Shown piece by piece: positions 22,566 to 35,379 of a DNA stretch of 37,092 nt (positions are counted from its first letter, which is position 1; the number at the start of each line of letters is the position of its first letter). Below the pieces are notes generated by a model. That model worked only from the letters and a program-made list of their open reading frames with translations. It was not told the DNA's origin and made no database searches. Both the position numbers and the translations under genes were made by a program. This stretch comes from Nemertoderma westbladi. Lineage: Eukaryota > Animalia > Xenacoelomorpha. The stretch spans positions 1-37,092 of the forward strand of contig JAUCBJ010001881.1 of NCBI GenBank assembly GCA_032718475.1, written 5' to 3'.

Positions 22566-23133
22566 ACATTGGGTATGATTATTGAGGGAAGATGTTTTGA
22601 CCTTTTTTTTAACGAGTCAACAGCTAGTCAATGGGATGTAAATATATTTCGGTTATAAAAAGGTTTACAACAGACAGACAGAAAAAACACGATATTTTGA
22701 TTGAAACCGTTATTAATGGCGGAACCATCATAAAGAACCTTAACTAATTGTGCTAACGTGCAGTAAGATTTGTAAGGCTTGAGTACACAATTGTAATTAT
22801 ATTTTAAATGTAAATGTTATGGTTGGGGTTTAGGGGCGGTTCAACAAAAAAGTTAAACAATTAATTTTGTTGCAGAATGTGACATTGAGGGTAACTTTAT
22901 ATAGCTGAAAACTCATGATGGCATTTATGAACGACCCTTAGTTTCAGTTACTATTTGAGAATACTCAAAAATTAATGTGAATTTGGAATTTTGAACAGCC
23001 CTGAACCCTGATGTTATAATAATTTACCCGTTTGGTATACCGGAAGTTAACTAATACTACATACCTGTAATATAACTTATTTATAATGAAACATTAATTT
23101 ATAATTTATACTTTCTGTGTAAGTAAAGGATAT

Positions 23134-23223
23134 GATGATGACGCGATGACTTTGGAGAGTAAACGTCTTGACATTTAGGGCAGTAAAGTTTTACCATAGC
23201 TTCCCCCGGTACATCTGATAATC
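23134..23223 (-). CDS. CSNK2B: casein kinase II beta, coding exon 3
   Basis: tttgcag| then (G)[29 protein letters not shown](H), with the second zinc-finger CPKC; followed by a U12 donor. Confidence 0.97.
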
Positions 23224-24469
23224 CTGCAAATAATAACATTTAATTTATAATATAAATGTTATATACCAGCACAGCACCACATACGGTACCAAAAATAGGA
23301 GATAATAATTATGCTGTTCTGAATTATTGTGATGGGCCCTTTTAAATGGTTATTTATTATCCTAGTCGAATTTATGGTGGTCTGGAGCATAAGGCACTGC
23401 CAAAATATTAGCCACCCATATCCATTCTCAAGCCCACCCGCATTAGGAGAAACCGTTGGGAATCTTTGATTAAAATAGGGTTGGCACTTGCCACAATATT
23501 TCAGTTTCAATTTTCCCTGATCTGTAAAAGGCAAGGTAATAGATAGACAGAGCATGATTCAGTGATCAGCAGCTGAATTTAGTGGGTGTCAAAAGGTTCA
23601 ACTTAGCTTCCTTCTTGTCTCCAGTTTTCCGCTGATTTTTGGACATGAAGAACAACATGTTCTGGCATTTAGCTCCCTGCTGATTGGCTTGAGCTACAAT
23701 AACATGTATACTCTACTACAATCATATATTTTAGTTGGCATAATATATATAGTAAAAAACAAGATCAATAATTATGTGCCGCCTTCTGTTCATTAACTCT
23801 TAGAGAACATAACAAAGGTAATTTATGTGATATACATTATTGAACAATTATATATGTTCGAATGGAACTCTATATAATAGAGTAATACATAATGATTAAT
23901 TGAAAGGTCGATGTACTTCAATGTGACAGCTACCTGCCTCTAGTATTATTATACAAAGGTCAATAATCCTCTAAAATGTAATCTGTGCATTAAAGTGAAC
24001 AATGCAATCAATAACGGGTGTTAAGTGATTGTCAATTTGAGGTCATCAAACCGCATCATCATGAAGCCGCGTTCTACCTAGAAAAAATTTGTCAAGGACT
24101 ACAGTATATCGGTTCATTATTATATTTAAATTTAAAATTCTTGCACGGCATTGTTTTTATAGCGAATAAAGAAAATATTTTGAGTGAAACTTGAACGAAG
24201 ACTTGAACAGTTGAACAGTCGTTCAACTGTCCACGAGAGCTTCTGCTAGAGATCTTCTTTCGCAGTGCGCTAGTTACAGTAGAGCAGTATTGGTTAAATT
24301 AAAAAAAGTAAAAAGAAGTTGTATAATTTGCAGTATACACACTACACAATACATACATAGTTAACGCGTAATCTGGTGAACATTTTTCTAAAACAACATC
24401 TCCACTTGGTGAAAACTCAAACGAGGTTTGCGATTGTCAGTTGTTCTTGGTGGGAATTATTTATGAAAT

Positions 24470-25480
24470 CTATTCTGACTGCGGCAGGATTTGAGGCTTG
24501 GCGTTTAGCTAGTGTGGATTGTGCACCGGTGAGCATTCCTGTGTTTTTCCTCAACTGCGGATTGTGCACCGGTGCTCAACCATTTACTTTTTGTTAATTA
24601 CATTATGTGGGAATGCCTTTGGGCACCGGTGCTCAAATTCACTATCATTGTACCACCATGGAAGAAACTGCAACTCAATAGCTCCGTCCAGTCCAGAGAT
24701 AGTAGTTTGAATTTCATAAAAATTATACATATTTTTTTAATGTATTTAGGCTTACGAATTAACAATTTTCAAAACTGTACCAAGAATAATCCCATCACAT
24801 TAGTAAATGAATTTGGCCACTTCCAAAATTTCAGGGGGCCCCATAGCCTCCCCTCCCTTGGGTCCGAGCCTGTGTATGGGCGGGTGTATGATCGAGTGGA
24901 AAATGTCTTGGGAGTTGACCCCACCGCCACCACCCCATTAATCATTTGGGTTTTAAAAACATTTAGAAAGTAAAACATTATAAAATAACATTGTTATTGT
25001 TACAGCACGCTCATGCAATATAAATTAACACATGAAAAGTAAACAAAACAGTTCTTGCTTAACTAACAATGAACTAAATCAAATAGGCCTAATAGCTAAT
25101 CCTAAATCATTTTAAAAATCCCGCCATAATTATATAAGTGGAAATGTTGAGCACCGGCGCTCAATCCACACTGGCACTTGTGTAGTACGGATTGTGCACC
25201 GGTGCACCAACTTAAAAAAAATATATGTTTTTGAGTCCTATAGAGATCACAGATACCAAATATGACAATGGCTAATGTATTTGAGCACCCACCGGTGCTC
25301 AACTTATAGCCTCCGCACTAAGGGCTAGTTAAGCCAAAATAGCTCCGCACTACAGGGTTGCACAGGTCGTGTTCACCGGTGCTCAATCCGCAGTAAGAAG
25401 TTGACAGGGAGTAGAACCTGCCGCAGTAAAGTTAAAACACGAATTGTGCACCGGTACTCAATCCGCAGTTAACGTGTTTT
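24470..25480. mobile_element. non-autonomous DNA transposon-like element with inverted subterminal repeat arrays
   Basis: actgcggattgtgcaccggtgctc-type motifs on the left and caccggtgctcaatccgcagt on the right; exact termini and TSD not resolved. Confidence 0.5.
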
Positions 25481-27700
25481 AAAGGGGAGATGGAACCCTT
25501 AGATTTTCCCATACATTAGCCTTTTTTACAAAAATGTCCCGGTTTCTCCGGAACTACTAGTTAGATTTTTCTGAAATTTGGTCTGCTTTTACAGTAGACA
25601 CTCCGACAGATATGGAACCTAAAAAAATCGAAATTCTCGTATTATTTTTCACAGTTTTGAAGAAAAGGTCACAAATTTTGAATTTGGTCCTATTATAACA
25701 CAATGAATGAGGATGAGTTAACTACGATAATTATAGGTTCCAGTTATGCGCCTTAGCGCCACGGATCATGTGAAATTTCAAGAAATTTCATTAAGCCGTT
25801 CTCGAGATAATGGGGCATTTGTAACCAAAATAACACTGAAAAGTAACATAGGAGAAAAATGCATTCAACGTTTTTAAACCATCCCGCCAAATTTCATAAA
25901 AGGAGGAAATTTTCAAACATACCAATATTGTCCAATTTTGTAGGACAATATAAAAGGACATTTTTTCAAACTTTAACTAAAACCTTCGCAATGGGGTTTC
26001 CCTGGTCCGTGATTTCATTTCCGACGTCAGTTTTTACGAATGTCGGGTTCGCTGTCTGAATTTTGGTTTGTCCGTCAAAATATAAAAAAATTAGAGCACT
26101 TAACTAAAAGTATTGCTATGGGGTTTTCGTGGCCGGTGATTTCATTTAGGACGTCAGTTTTCACGATTAATGGTATTGGTATATCTGGTGTATTTTTTAT
26201 ATTTTGACAGACAGACCGGAAAAAACAGACAGACCGACAAACGTACGTACAGACAGGATTAGAATCCGTAAATAACACAAATTGATAGCAGAAACGAAAT
26301 CACGAAAACACCTGGCTAACTTTAACATCGGCACTTTTTTAAGATGCGCCCCAACGAGGTAAGACAATTTATTTTATTCATTAATTATTAGTAGAAACAG
26401 AAACAATAAAATGAATATTATTATATTATTATAAGTACGGATTAGTGTTTAGTGTGGTTTGTTTATAATTAGTAATTTAAAAGTTGTTATAATATAAAAC
26501 TTTATAACATCGGCAGTTTACAAGAGCTGGTGGAAGTAAAACGGACAACAATAAGGAGTCAGTGAGGGAGAGTGGAATTCGGGTTATTGAAAACTAAAAT
26601 CGATTTTGAGAAAAAGATTTTGGAGGACTAAAAATCAGCTTAATTTGTTTATATTCAAGATTCTACAAATTAAAGTGGCCTGCTTATTTGTATTGCCTTC
26701 AATGCATTGTCATTACTGTACTGTAATTATTTTCACTGAAGAGAGATATAAAGTCCCCTTCGTGCTCTATAGTCCCCTACGGTACGTCATGCTGCTCACT
26801 TCGTTTCTTTAGTTCTGTTTGAATCTTAGTAGTTGCTACTACTACAACACTATTACGTTGAATCACAATATCATAATCGCCTAAAATCGACTCATAATTT
26901 CCAACAAAAAATCCCAAAAACTATTTAAAAATTAATCTTATAAAAAATGTATTAAAAATATTCGTATTTCGTATTCGTATTTTACTTAAAAACCCTCCTC
27001 CCTACAGCCCACACACATTTAAGGGCGCGTGTTTGTGATAAAAATTAAAAAAAATCAAAACGATTTTACGATTTTTCAATTTTACGGATTCTGGACCATC
27101 ATCTCTTTTAGTTCTTGATATATCGAGTTATAGCTGTCTGTCTGCATGTCAGTCGGTCAGTCTGACAAAACTAAAGAAACACATGCATTGTATAATTTTC
27201 GCTGCAGGATTTTTCATGTTTAGTGATCGCATTTCTAATGTCAGTTTTAATGTTTTAAGGACCAAATTGCACGAAATTTTCAATATATGTTTTTCTACTA
27301 ATCCTTTATAGGTTGTACCGGTACCATATTTAGACATGTAGGTTTTTAGAAATTTCAAAAGTTACATAAAAAAACTATAAAAATACTTTATTCACTTTTT
27401 AAAAATAAGATTTTTCACTTTGAAAAGTTCTGGCGATTAAAATAATTTTTTTTATTTATTCTGTTAGGGCCTACCACGTCTGAGACACATTCAAATTTAA
27501 ATCACCACGAAATTTCAAGCCATTCTGTTCAACCAATTCCTCAGAAGGCTTAAAATTTTAGCAAAACGATTCTGAAATTTTCTGTTAATACTATTTGCAA
27601 CGCCACCTAGTCGCGAAAAACATTTATTCGTAAATTTGCCTTAGAATAGTTACGATGACCTTCTATCATTTAACAAAACTTGAATCATTTAACGAAACCA
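25480..27700. repeat. cluster of interspersed repeats with (ACAG/CTGT)n tracts, possibly Helentron/HINE-like or MITE remnants
   Basis: acagacagac tracts with a ggatt-ag-aatcc hairpin at about 26205-26270; inverted relatives at about 27080-27170; similar tracts at about 29410-29500. Confidence 0.4.
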
Positions 27701-27988
27701 AGAAACCAGAGTCACTTAGGTTACAGTTGGGGAATCACGTCACAAACCACATCATAGTTTGTTTTATAGGACAACCACGAGTAGACAGAACTGACAGATA
27801 GGGGAAGACTGTGTCTAGGCCTACCTAAAAAAACAGCTGATTTCGAGAACTAATTAAACTGTAATCTGTGTTTATAATTATCCACTGTGACCTGGTTATT
27901 TCCCTCAATTTATATGTATCATTGTTAATTAGCCGATATGGGATTTGCGACGTCAAGCTGCCCCATAATATGTGCCCCCCCGACCCAC

Positions 27989-28180
27989 CTATAGGCATAA
28001 CTGGTTGGTTTTCGCAGTAAACCCGCATACAATGTCCGAAGTCTCCTTGCTGCCATTTCTCCACCATTTGTGCTATTCCTCTGTTGGTTAGAATGAACCG
28101 AGCGTGTATCAAACCATACAGCATCTCCGCTGCCTGTTCGATAAGATCGCTCTGGTTGGGATTTTCTTCCAATTCGTCGT
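27989..28180 (-). CDS. CSNK2B: casein kinase II beta, coding exon 2
   Basis: ctatag| then (D)[34 protein letters not shown]...[19 protein letters not shown](G); donor G|GTGGGT. Confidence 0.97.
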
Positions 28181-28399
28181 CTATAGTAAGAAGAAAAATA
28201 ATCTTCGGTTAATATCCACGTAGTTCTATTTGAACCTCACAGTCACAAGTAGTGCGCGTTGGTATTCAAAATACCTATACCGGTAAAAGTTTAAATATTT
28301 AAAAAATATATTTGCATTTCCGTAGACAGATTTAACGTCACGTCTATGTTTATAGTTTTATATTATTAAAATCAATTCACATAACATTATCGTCCGTCT

Positions 28400-28560
28400 A
28401 CCTATACCACTTCAAACAACTATTAGTCCGTTGCTCCGTTCACATAACGTTATAGTCCGCTCAAACAACGTTTTAAATATTTCACACAACTTTATAGAAC
28501 TTCACATAACTTTATAGACCGTTCACATAACTTTATAGACCGTTAACACAACGTTATAGT
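28400..28560. repeat. degenerate minisatellite of about 21 bp (cgttcacataactttatagac)
   Basis: Several visible tandem copies. Confidence 0.7.
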
Positions 28561-28929
28561 TTATGATTATAAAATGTAATGGTTATTAATTTTAATAACA
28601 AAGCATTTTAGATAATTTTAGTAAATTTTTTGAGTTCTCTTTCTTCTATAATTTTAAGTGCACTGTGCAAATTGACAATAGCGGGTGCTAGTGCTGTCAA
28701 TTCCTGACATTGGTCAATTGGTTGGGGGGGGGGGGGGGGGGGGGGGGGGTGGTACTGGAAAAAGGGAAGGGGAGGGCAGAGCGGGGGAAACAAAACAACG
28801 CGGATTGGGTTTGTTTTCTCTGTCGATTACTTTATGTTTAGCGTTATTTGAGGTAAATATTATATAAGTATAAAAAATGTATATATATAAAATATAAATG
28901 TAAAAAAATATGTATATATAAAAAAAAAA

Positions 28930-30530
28930 GTATGGCCCCTGGGTGGTTCCGCAGGGGGCTAGAACTGGTTCTGAGTGTGTGTTTCCTATGTAGACGGTGT
29001 GTGTTCGGTTGTGTAGGAAACTTGTGACCAGTTTGTTACGAATCCTTCGTATACCGTAACTATCTAATTTATTTAGTAATATATTGTGCTGCAAGGTATC
29101 AAAAGCTTTTTAAGGTCTATCGATATTAAGAGTTCTGATTCTTGTAATTCTAGAATATTTATTAGTTTTTCAGTTACAGTAAGTATGGCGTCAGTAGTTG
29201 TAGTGCGCTTTCTGAAACCGTATTGATTGTGAGTAAATATTGAGTTTGAGTACTTGTCTAACTGACTGTCTGTAGTCTGTTAATCGGGTCAGTAATGTTT
29301 GACACTATGGCTTCATACCAACTCACTAAAATGATCAATACAATATGGGGGTTTTCGGGGTCGGTGATTTAATTTCTGCTGTCACTTTTAATGTTTGGTG
29401 GTATCTAAAATGCATGTCTGACAGTTTGTCTGTCTGTCTGGCTTCTGAATTTTGACGGACAAACTGATAGACGGAAAGACAGCGATAACTCGAGAACTAA
29501 AAAAGATATTGTCAAACCGTTTTAAGATTTGAACTCCCCAGTAAATTATGCATCAGATGAAATAAAAAACTAAAAATGTGAAAAGTTAACACAAGGAGGG
29601 GGTTACCCCCCCCCCCCCCCACCTTAATTAAAATTAGAATAATCGTAAAAGTAGCGGCTATCGGGAGGGTTAAAAATGCATGAGTAATTTTGGACTCTCA
29701 TAAATGTACCCAAGTAATCAGTAGTGCCTATTCCTGTCAGAAAAATACCGCCAGAAAAACACCAGGAGTAACTATATATTCGGTCACGTATATCTGTAGA
29801 TATATGGTCGATCAATGACTTTGAAATCTGTGTAATTCTAGATGGAACTATAATTGTTGAAGGGAGTGAGATTCTATGGTGTGTAAATATTTCATGGAGT
29901 TATTAGTTTTTTAAAAGGTCTATGTTAAAGTCCCCTGTTAAAATTATATATAGATTTTGAGTAAGTAAATTGTAGATGGTTTTATTTAAGTTTTCCAAAA
30001 AATTGTTTCATCCGATTAATGTTGGTTTTGCAATTTTTTTTTATCGTGATATACTAACCCACGAAGATTTGCAGTGTTCAATTGAAATGTCAGTTCGGTG
30101 TATGTAGTATGGCTGCACCCCTCGGTTTCGCTTTCCGTATTGTCGGTTGTCTGTAAGTGGAGTTGAGTAGCCATGTATCTTCAAAGTTGTAAGATCAGTA
30201 TTGTCAGTTAAAAACGTCTTAGTCAGTTAGTAAAAGCAAGTACGTCAAATTATTGGTCTAGATTAAAGTAATCAATTGTAGCTTACAATTTTTATTAAGG
30301 CTCCTACAGTTTAAGTGATATACTGAAAATGAGTTGTTTTTAGGGAGAACGTTAAATTTAGTATCAGAAAAATATTTACCGTGAGTATTATTAGAATCTA
30401 GGTTTTGATTTGGATCTATATTTTGAAATGTGGCGTCGTAATCGTCAAAGTTAGCAGGTAAGTCAAAGTCGACTTCGACATTGTAAAGCGAAAATCACAC
30501 GTTGTTTGGTTTTGGAGGCTCATAGGGTAA
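28930..30530 (-). mobile_element. decayed CR1/L2/Jockey-group LINE (endonuclease and RT fragments) with nested insertions
   Basis: Minus-strand QYGFRK...KAFDTLQHNILLNKLDSYGIR...GTTQG at about 28935-29230 and ILTGDFNIDLL at about 29915-29945; frameshifted. Confidence 0.75.
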
Positions 30531-30619
30531 AATCAATAATCGAAAACTTATTGAGCGAGGTCGTCTCTAAAATGCTTACAAGGGAAAGGGAGTAATAAAC
30601 ACACAGCCTTGTAGTTTTG

Positions 30620-32958
30620 GTCTCTGGAAATGTATTGTTTTCGGCTGGAACCCAGTTTAAGAAGCGAACTGGAAAGCTATGGACTCATAGTGGAGCCAGT
30701 GGTCACAAGTGACAGATAGACCACATCCTGTTTCGTAGGAAATACAGGAGCTCTATACAAGACTGTAATGCATTTACACTTCGACCCTTCTCCAGTGATC
30801 ACCGCCTTATTGTGGCCAAGGTAAGACTTAGTATTCGTGCCAGCAGAACAACGAAATCTGCCTTGCCGCGGCATGACTGGTCCTCTCTGTTGCAGCAGCC
30901 AAGTGTGAGATCCAGCTTCACACTAAAGCTGAGCAACAGGTATGAGGTTCTTGCCTCTGAGGCGGCAGATCACTGTGAGGGCTATACTGCCTTCACAGAA
31001 GCAGTGAAGTTAGCAGCTGCAGAAACAGTTCCTGTATAACCTCGAAACAGGAAAAGGGCCCCCTGGACTGACAACAAAATTCAGAAGTGCCGAAATGACC
31101 CCTATAAGGCGCAGAAAGAGTCCCCACTCAAACAGACTACAGCGGCCAAGAATGCAGTTAGGGCTGCATCTAGGTCCCTGAACAGGCAGTACTCTGTTAA
31201 TCTACAGGAGCTAATAAACCAACAGGTTGATGCCATCAATGATGCTGACGACAGCAGGCAATCATCCCAGGCATGGAAATCGATCAACTTGCTTACTGGT
31301 CGGAAAAGCCAACCAACCACCAAGGTTAAGGCTGAATCACCAGCCGATCGCCTCAATGGTTGGAAGGCCTACTTTGAAAAGCTCCTCAATAATGACAGGG
31401 TATTGCCTGATAACTTTATAGAAGTAAAAGTGTCTTAGTCTGTAGGCCTACTCCCAGAAATTCCCATTGGCGATATCTCCCTTGAAGAAGTGAATGCTGC
31501 TGCAAAGAGCATTAAGACAAATCGTGCCAGTGGAGTAGATGGTGTTCCCCCGAGGTCTTTAAAATACCCGAGTGTTTAAAGCTCATCTATCCCATCATAG
31601 TAGACATGTGCCGAACAACAAGAGTCCCACAAGAAATGAAAACAAATAAGTTGGTGCCAGTTCCCAAGAAGGGCAACCTAACACTCTATGGTTCTTTTCG
31701 GGGAATCTCATTGATCTCGATTGCTGCAAAGCTATACAATAGAATTATATTAAATCGCATCAGGGATCCCATTGAGAGACTGATCCGTGGAAATCAGAAT
31801 GGGTTCCGTAGAGGTCGTGGGACCATAGAGCCCATTTTGGCACTTAGAATGATAATTGAAGATTGAAGATCACGTATGCTCAGCATACTTTCATTATATG
31901 GGATTCCTGATGAAATTATTGCAGCAATCAGATCAGTATACGATGGTTCGACAACATTTGTGTCTACTGTTGACGGTGACACAGAACCATTTGAAGTGTT
32001 ATGGGGCGTCCTCCAGGAAGACACACTTGCACCATTCTTGTTCATAATTGTGGTTGACTATGTTCTACGCATGTCCTTAGATCATCATAATGATGGTGGG
32101 GTGATGATAACTCCACCTACTGGCTCCAGAAGACGAGGAAATCCTGCCAAGTACCTAACTGATCTAGACTTTGCTGATGACTTAGGAGTACTCTCAGAAT
32201 CACTAGAGGGAGCCCAGCGGCTCCTCAGCTCATTAGAACATGCTGCTTCTAGTGTTGGTCTTTTTATTAACTCCAGAAAGACCAACATTTTGACAGTTAA
32301 CTTTGAAAGTCCTCAGCAAGTCTCTGATCGGATGAGCATAAGCTCAAAGGATGGTATGCTTGAGCATGTGGACGACTTCTGTTACCTGGGATCATGGATC
32401 CGGAAGTCAGGTGAGGCCCTTCGAATACGCAAGGGAAAGGTATGGGCAGTCTTGAATAGGCTTTCCAGGATTTGGAAGTCACCGAGAATTAATCGGAAAC
32501 TTAAGGTCCGATTATTTAGAGCAGCAGTAGTTCCAGTACTCCTCTATGGGAGTCCATGCTGGGCTCTAACTGCTGAGGACACCAAATCTCTGGATGGCAC
32601 ATTCGCAAGAATGCTACGCCTGGTTCATTGTGTCAAGTACAATGCACACATCTCCAACCAGACACTATATAACATTGGAGGTGTCTCATTGGTTCCCCCA
32701 AGCTTGACACTAGAACAAAATCGCCTCCGCTTTGCAGGACATTGCTTTCGCCGTGAGGACCAGCCAGTACATAATCTTGTTCTTTGGCAGCCTCATGTAG
32801 TGAATAAGCATGGTGGACCGCCCATGATTTTCTTGGGACGCATCTTAAAGGACACTGGCCCTGAAGATGAGGATGATCTAGCAAATGTCATGGGTGATAG
32901 GGAGTTGTGGCGGCGCAATTTTGTCGACAAGCCGGCATAGCATTCTTAAACACACACC
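30620..32958 (+). mobile_element. 5'-truncated RTE-clade LINE, inactive, antisense in the first CK2 beta coding-region intron
   Basis: End of the endonuclease domain, RT motifs VPVPKKG, FRGISL, NQNGFR, GVLQEDTLAPFLF, DLDFADD, FCYLGS; stops, frameshifts and loss of the D..KAFD block near 31862; short (CA)n tail. Confidence 0.9.
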
Positions 32959-33594
32959 CGGTAACCTACTCTTCTCTTTCAATTGGCAACCACGAGATAA
33001 GTGGCTTTTTTACTATTATTATTAGCGATTATTACTGGCGGGAATTCCCGAATTATCGGCAAACCCTTAGAAAAGTGTAAAGAAATGCCTGAGACTCCAA
33101 ATTCCCTGCAATATCAGAATGTATGATGAAAGTATGACGTACTTTTTTTTTTATAATAGCAGTACCAGTAACAATAAAAGGCAAACCATAACTATTCCAC
33201 TTTCAATTTCATAGCAACAACGAGGCATCTTGGACAGCAAACCCTATTCGTGCGATTTGAAAACAAAACAAGCATTATAATAAATAACAGAATAATGATG
33301 GCATTATGTCAATGGCTAACTGACCGGATCCATTCTGCCATTGCTCAATAGAGCGGACCCATTTACGGACACATTCAGACACCAGGTTACTTAATTGTGG
33401 TAATACAGTAATAAGGGTCCGGTCAATAATATACAAGTAAAATATAAATAAAATATAAAGTTTCAATACGGTATTTAGAGGGTCCACGGTCTGGGTCCAG
33501 TCAGTCAGTACAGTTACAGTACAGCAGTAGCCAGGTAGCTACTTCTAATAACGATATCGAGTTTCTGCAGTTCTGTCTTTATTGATAAACAAAC

Positions 33595-33769
33595 CTGGTT
33601 CGAGGTCTAAGATCATATCGAGTGCCTGCCTGTAATGAGGAACTTGTTCGTTGAGGCCAGTTAAATTGAACTTGTCTTGAATATAATCTTCGTCTACTTC
33701 ACAAAAAAATTCATTGCCCCGAAGCCCACAAAACCAGGATATCCAAGAAACTTCTTCCGAACTACTCAT
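33595..33769 (-). CDS. CSNK2B: casein kinase II beta, coding exon 1
   Basis: [58 protein letters not shown] is the canonical animal CK2 beta N-terminus; phase-1 donor G|GTTTGT. Confidence 0.98.
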
Positions 33770-33889
33770 TATGTAAGATTAAGGGTCAGTTTAAAAGGTG
33801 AATCGGTGCAGAGCTGCAGTGTAGACAACGAAAGAAGAACCGGCACGGTACCGGTACAAAAATAGAAGATAATTAATTATATAATTAAT

Positions 33890-34560
33890 ACCATATTACA
33901 GTTACAGACTGACAGAGTACGGTACAGAGAACGGCAGTACGGGTACCGGTACCTCTTGCATCCTGACCTTCCCTACTACAGTACTACTAGCTGACTAGTA
34001 CAGTAGTACTACCGGTACCGGTACTGCACTGTCAGACTGTACTGCTGTACTACCAGACTACAGTCAGACAGTACAGCAGTAGGCCTACTGCAGTACTACG
34101 AGCAGACGAGTAATCTGGTAATCAGGTAATTACAGAATTACTACAGTACAGCAGTACTACGGATACCAGACCTGTCTGCCACCAGCCACTGCCTGCAGGT
34201 GGCAGGGCATAGGGCCTACTAGCCAGCTAGCTACTAATTCGAGTACCGGTAGGGCAGTAGGGCTACCTAGCTGCTGAACTGCCCAATGCTGAACTGCCTA
34301 ATGCTGTAATGCATTGCTGCATTGCACAGTTGCAAACCGCAACCTGTCTGCCCTGCCTGTGCTGCTGTGGTCTGGCTGTCTGGTGGTCAGTGGTATGCCT
34401 ACTGCAGTACAGCAGTACTGGGTACATTAGATCGCAATTAGATCGTGATTAGATCGCATGCAATCGTGCTACTTACAGTTTATCGTTGACAGGGGTAAAT
34501 TATAAATATGAAAGAATGTACAGAGAACACAGAACATATTATAGTACAGTACAGCAGTAC
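33890..34560. repeat. low-complexity region rich in cagta/tactg/gtac motifs
   Basis: Dense short direct repeats without a fixed period. Confidence 0.6.
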
Positions 34561-34975
34561 AAAAAGGACAAGAACAATACAAGTACTATACGGTAGATAC
34601 GAGGACAGTTACGTAATGTAATAATAAATTGCAGCTATAATTAATTTGTACTATAGTTATTACTACGGTGGTGAGTTGTACAGCATGTATGTAGTGCACT
34701 ACTTTACTTTACTGCGTTACACTAACAGACTAAACACACCCTCATCCACAGTACAGTTAGCATCAGTGAACTGGTGAAAGACTCTACTCTTGAAGTTGGT
34801 GCCAGGTTTGTATAGGCCAATATGATAATAGGCCTTTCTTCCCTTCCCTACACATACCAACCGTACCGGTATCTACCTACAGCTAATATTATAATACAAC
34901 ACAGACTGAAGGGGAGACTGAAAGTGAAAATCTTTCGATAGGCCTTCTGTCTTCACATCAACAAGCCAGAAGAAA

Positions 34976-34990
34976 GCGGGAAATTCAAAT
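34976..34990 (-). promoter_or_regulatory. possible CK2 beta promoter element (CHR/E2F-like TTTGAATTTCCCGC)
   Basis: Motif about 1.2 kb upstream of the ATG; a candidate ctgcag acceptor at 33814 would imply a non-coding first exon. Inference only. Confidence 0.3.
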
Positions 34991-35000
34991 TATACTTTAT

Positions 35001-35230
35001 AAAACATTAATTTTTTTTTAGCAAAACATTAATTTTTTTTAAAACATTAATTTTTTTTAGCAAAACATTAATTTTTTTAGCAAAACATTAATTTTTTTTT
35101 AGCAAAACATTAATTTTTTTTAGCAAAACATTAATTTTTTTTAGCAAAACATTGATTTTTTTTAACAAAACATTAACTTTTTTTTAGCAAAACATTAATT
35201 TTTTTTAGCAAAACATTATTTTTTTTTTAC
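35001..35230. repeat. tandem repeat of about 21 bp (aaaacattaattttttttagc), about 11 copies
   Basis: Directly visible; T-run length varies. Confidence 0.95.
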
Positions 35231-35379
35231 AAACTTAAATAACTTTTTTTAAACGTTTAAAAAAAAATGCAATAATTGGCCGCAACTCACCACCGTATAT
35301 TACGGATGCAATATAAATTTTACATAATATATCAATACTATATGGTATTCCAAATTCACGTTATAGATTATGGATAGAT

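Larger units (their letters stand above)
13188..23133 (-). other. U12-type AT-AC intron of CK2 beta, 9,946 bp, containing nested genes
   Basis: 5' site |ATATCCTTTAC at 23133; branch point TTTTTCCTTAAC at 13212-13201; 3' site TTTTTAC| at 13188. Joining gives the conserved [12 protein letters not shown] in frame. Confidence 0.95.

Noticed and set aside
23563-23693. Possible alternative terminal CK2 beta exon (AQANQQGAKCQNMLFFMSK...FSC*)
   Set aside because: Phase-compatible but has a weak acceptor, no homology, and would delete half of the zinc finger.
27505-27545. CTGAGGA...GAAA on the minus strand (and CTGACGA at about 10867)
   Set aside because: No supporting stems for a hammerhead.
31876-32940. 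354-aa reverse transcriptase as a functional stand-alone gene
   Set aside because: C-terminal piece of a disrupted RTE ORF that lacks upstream RT motifs.
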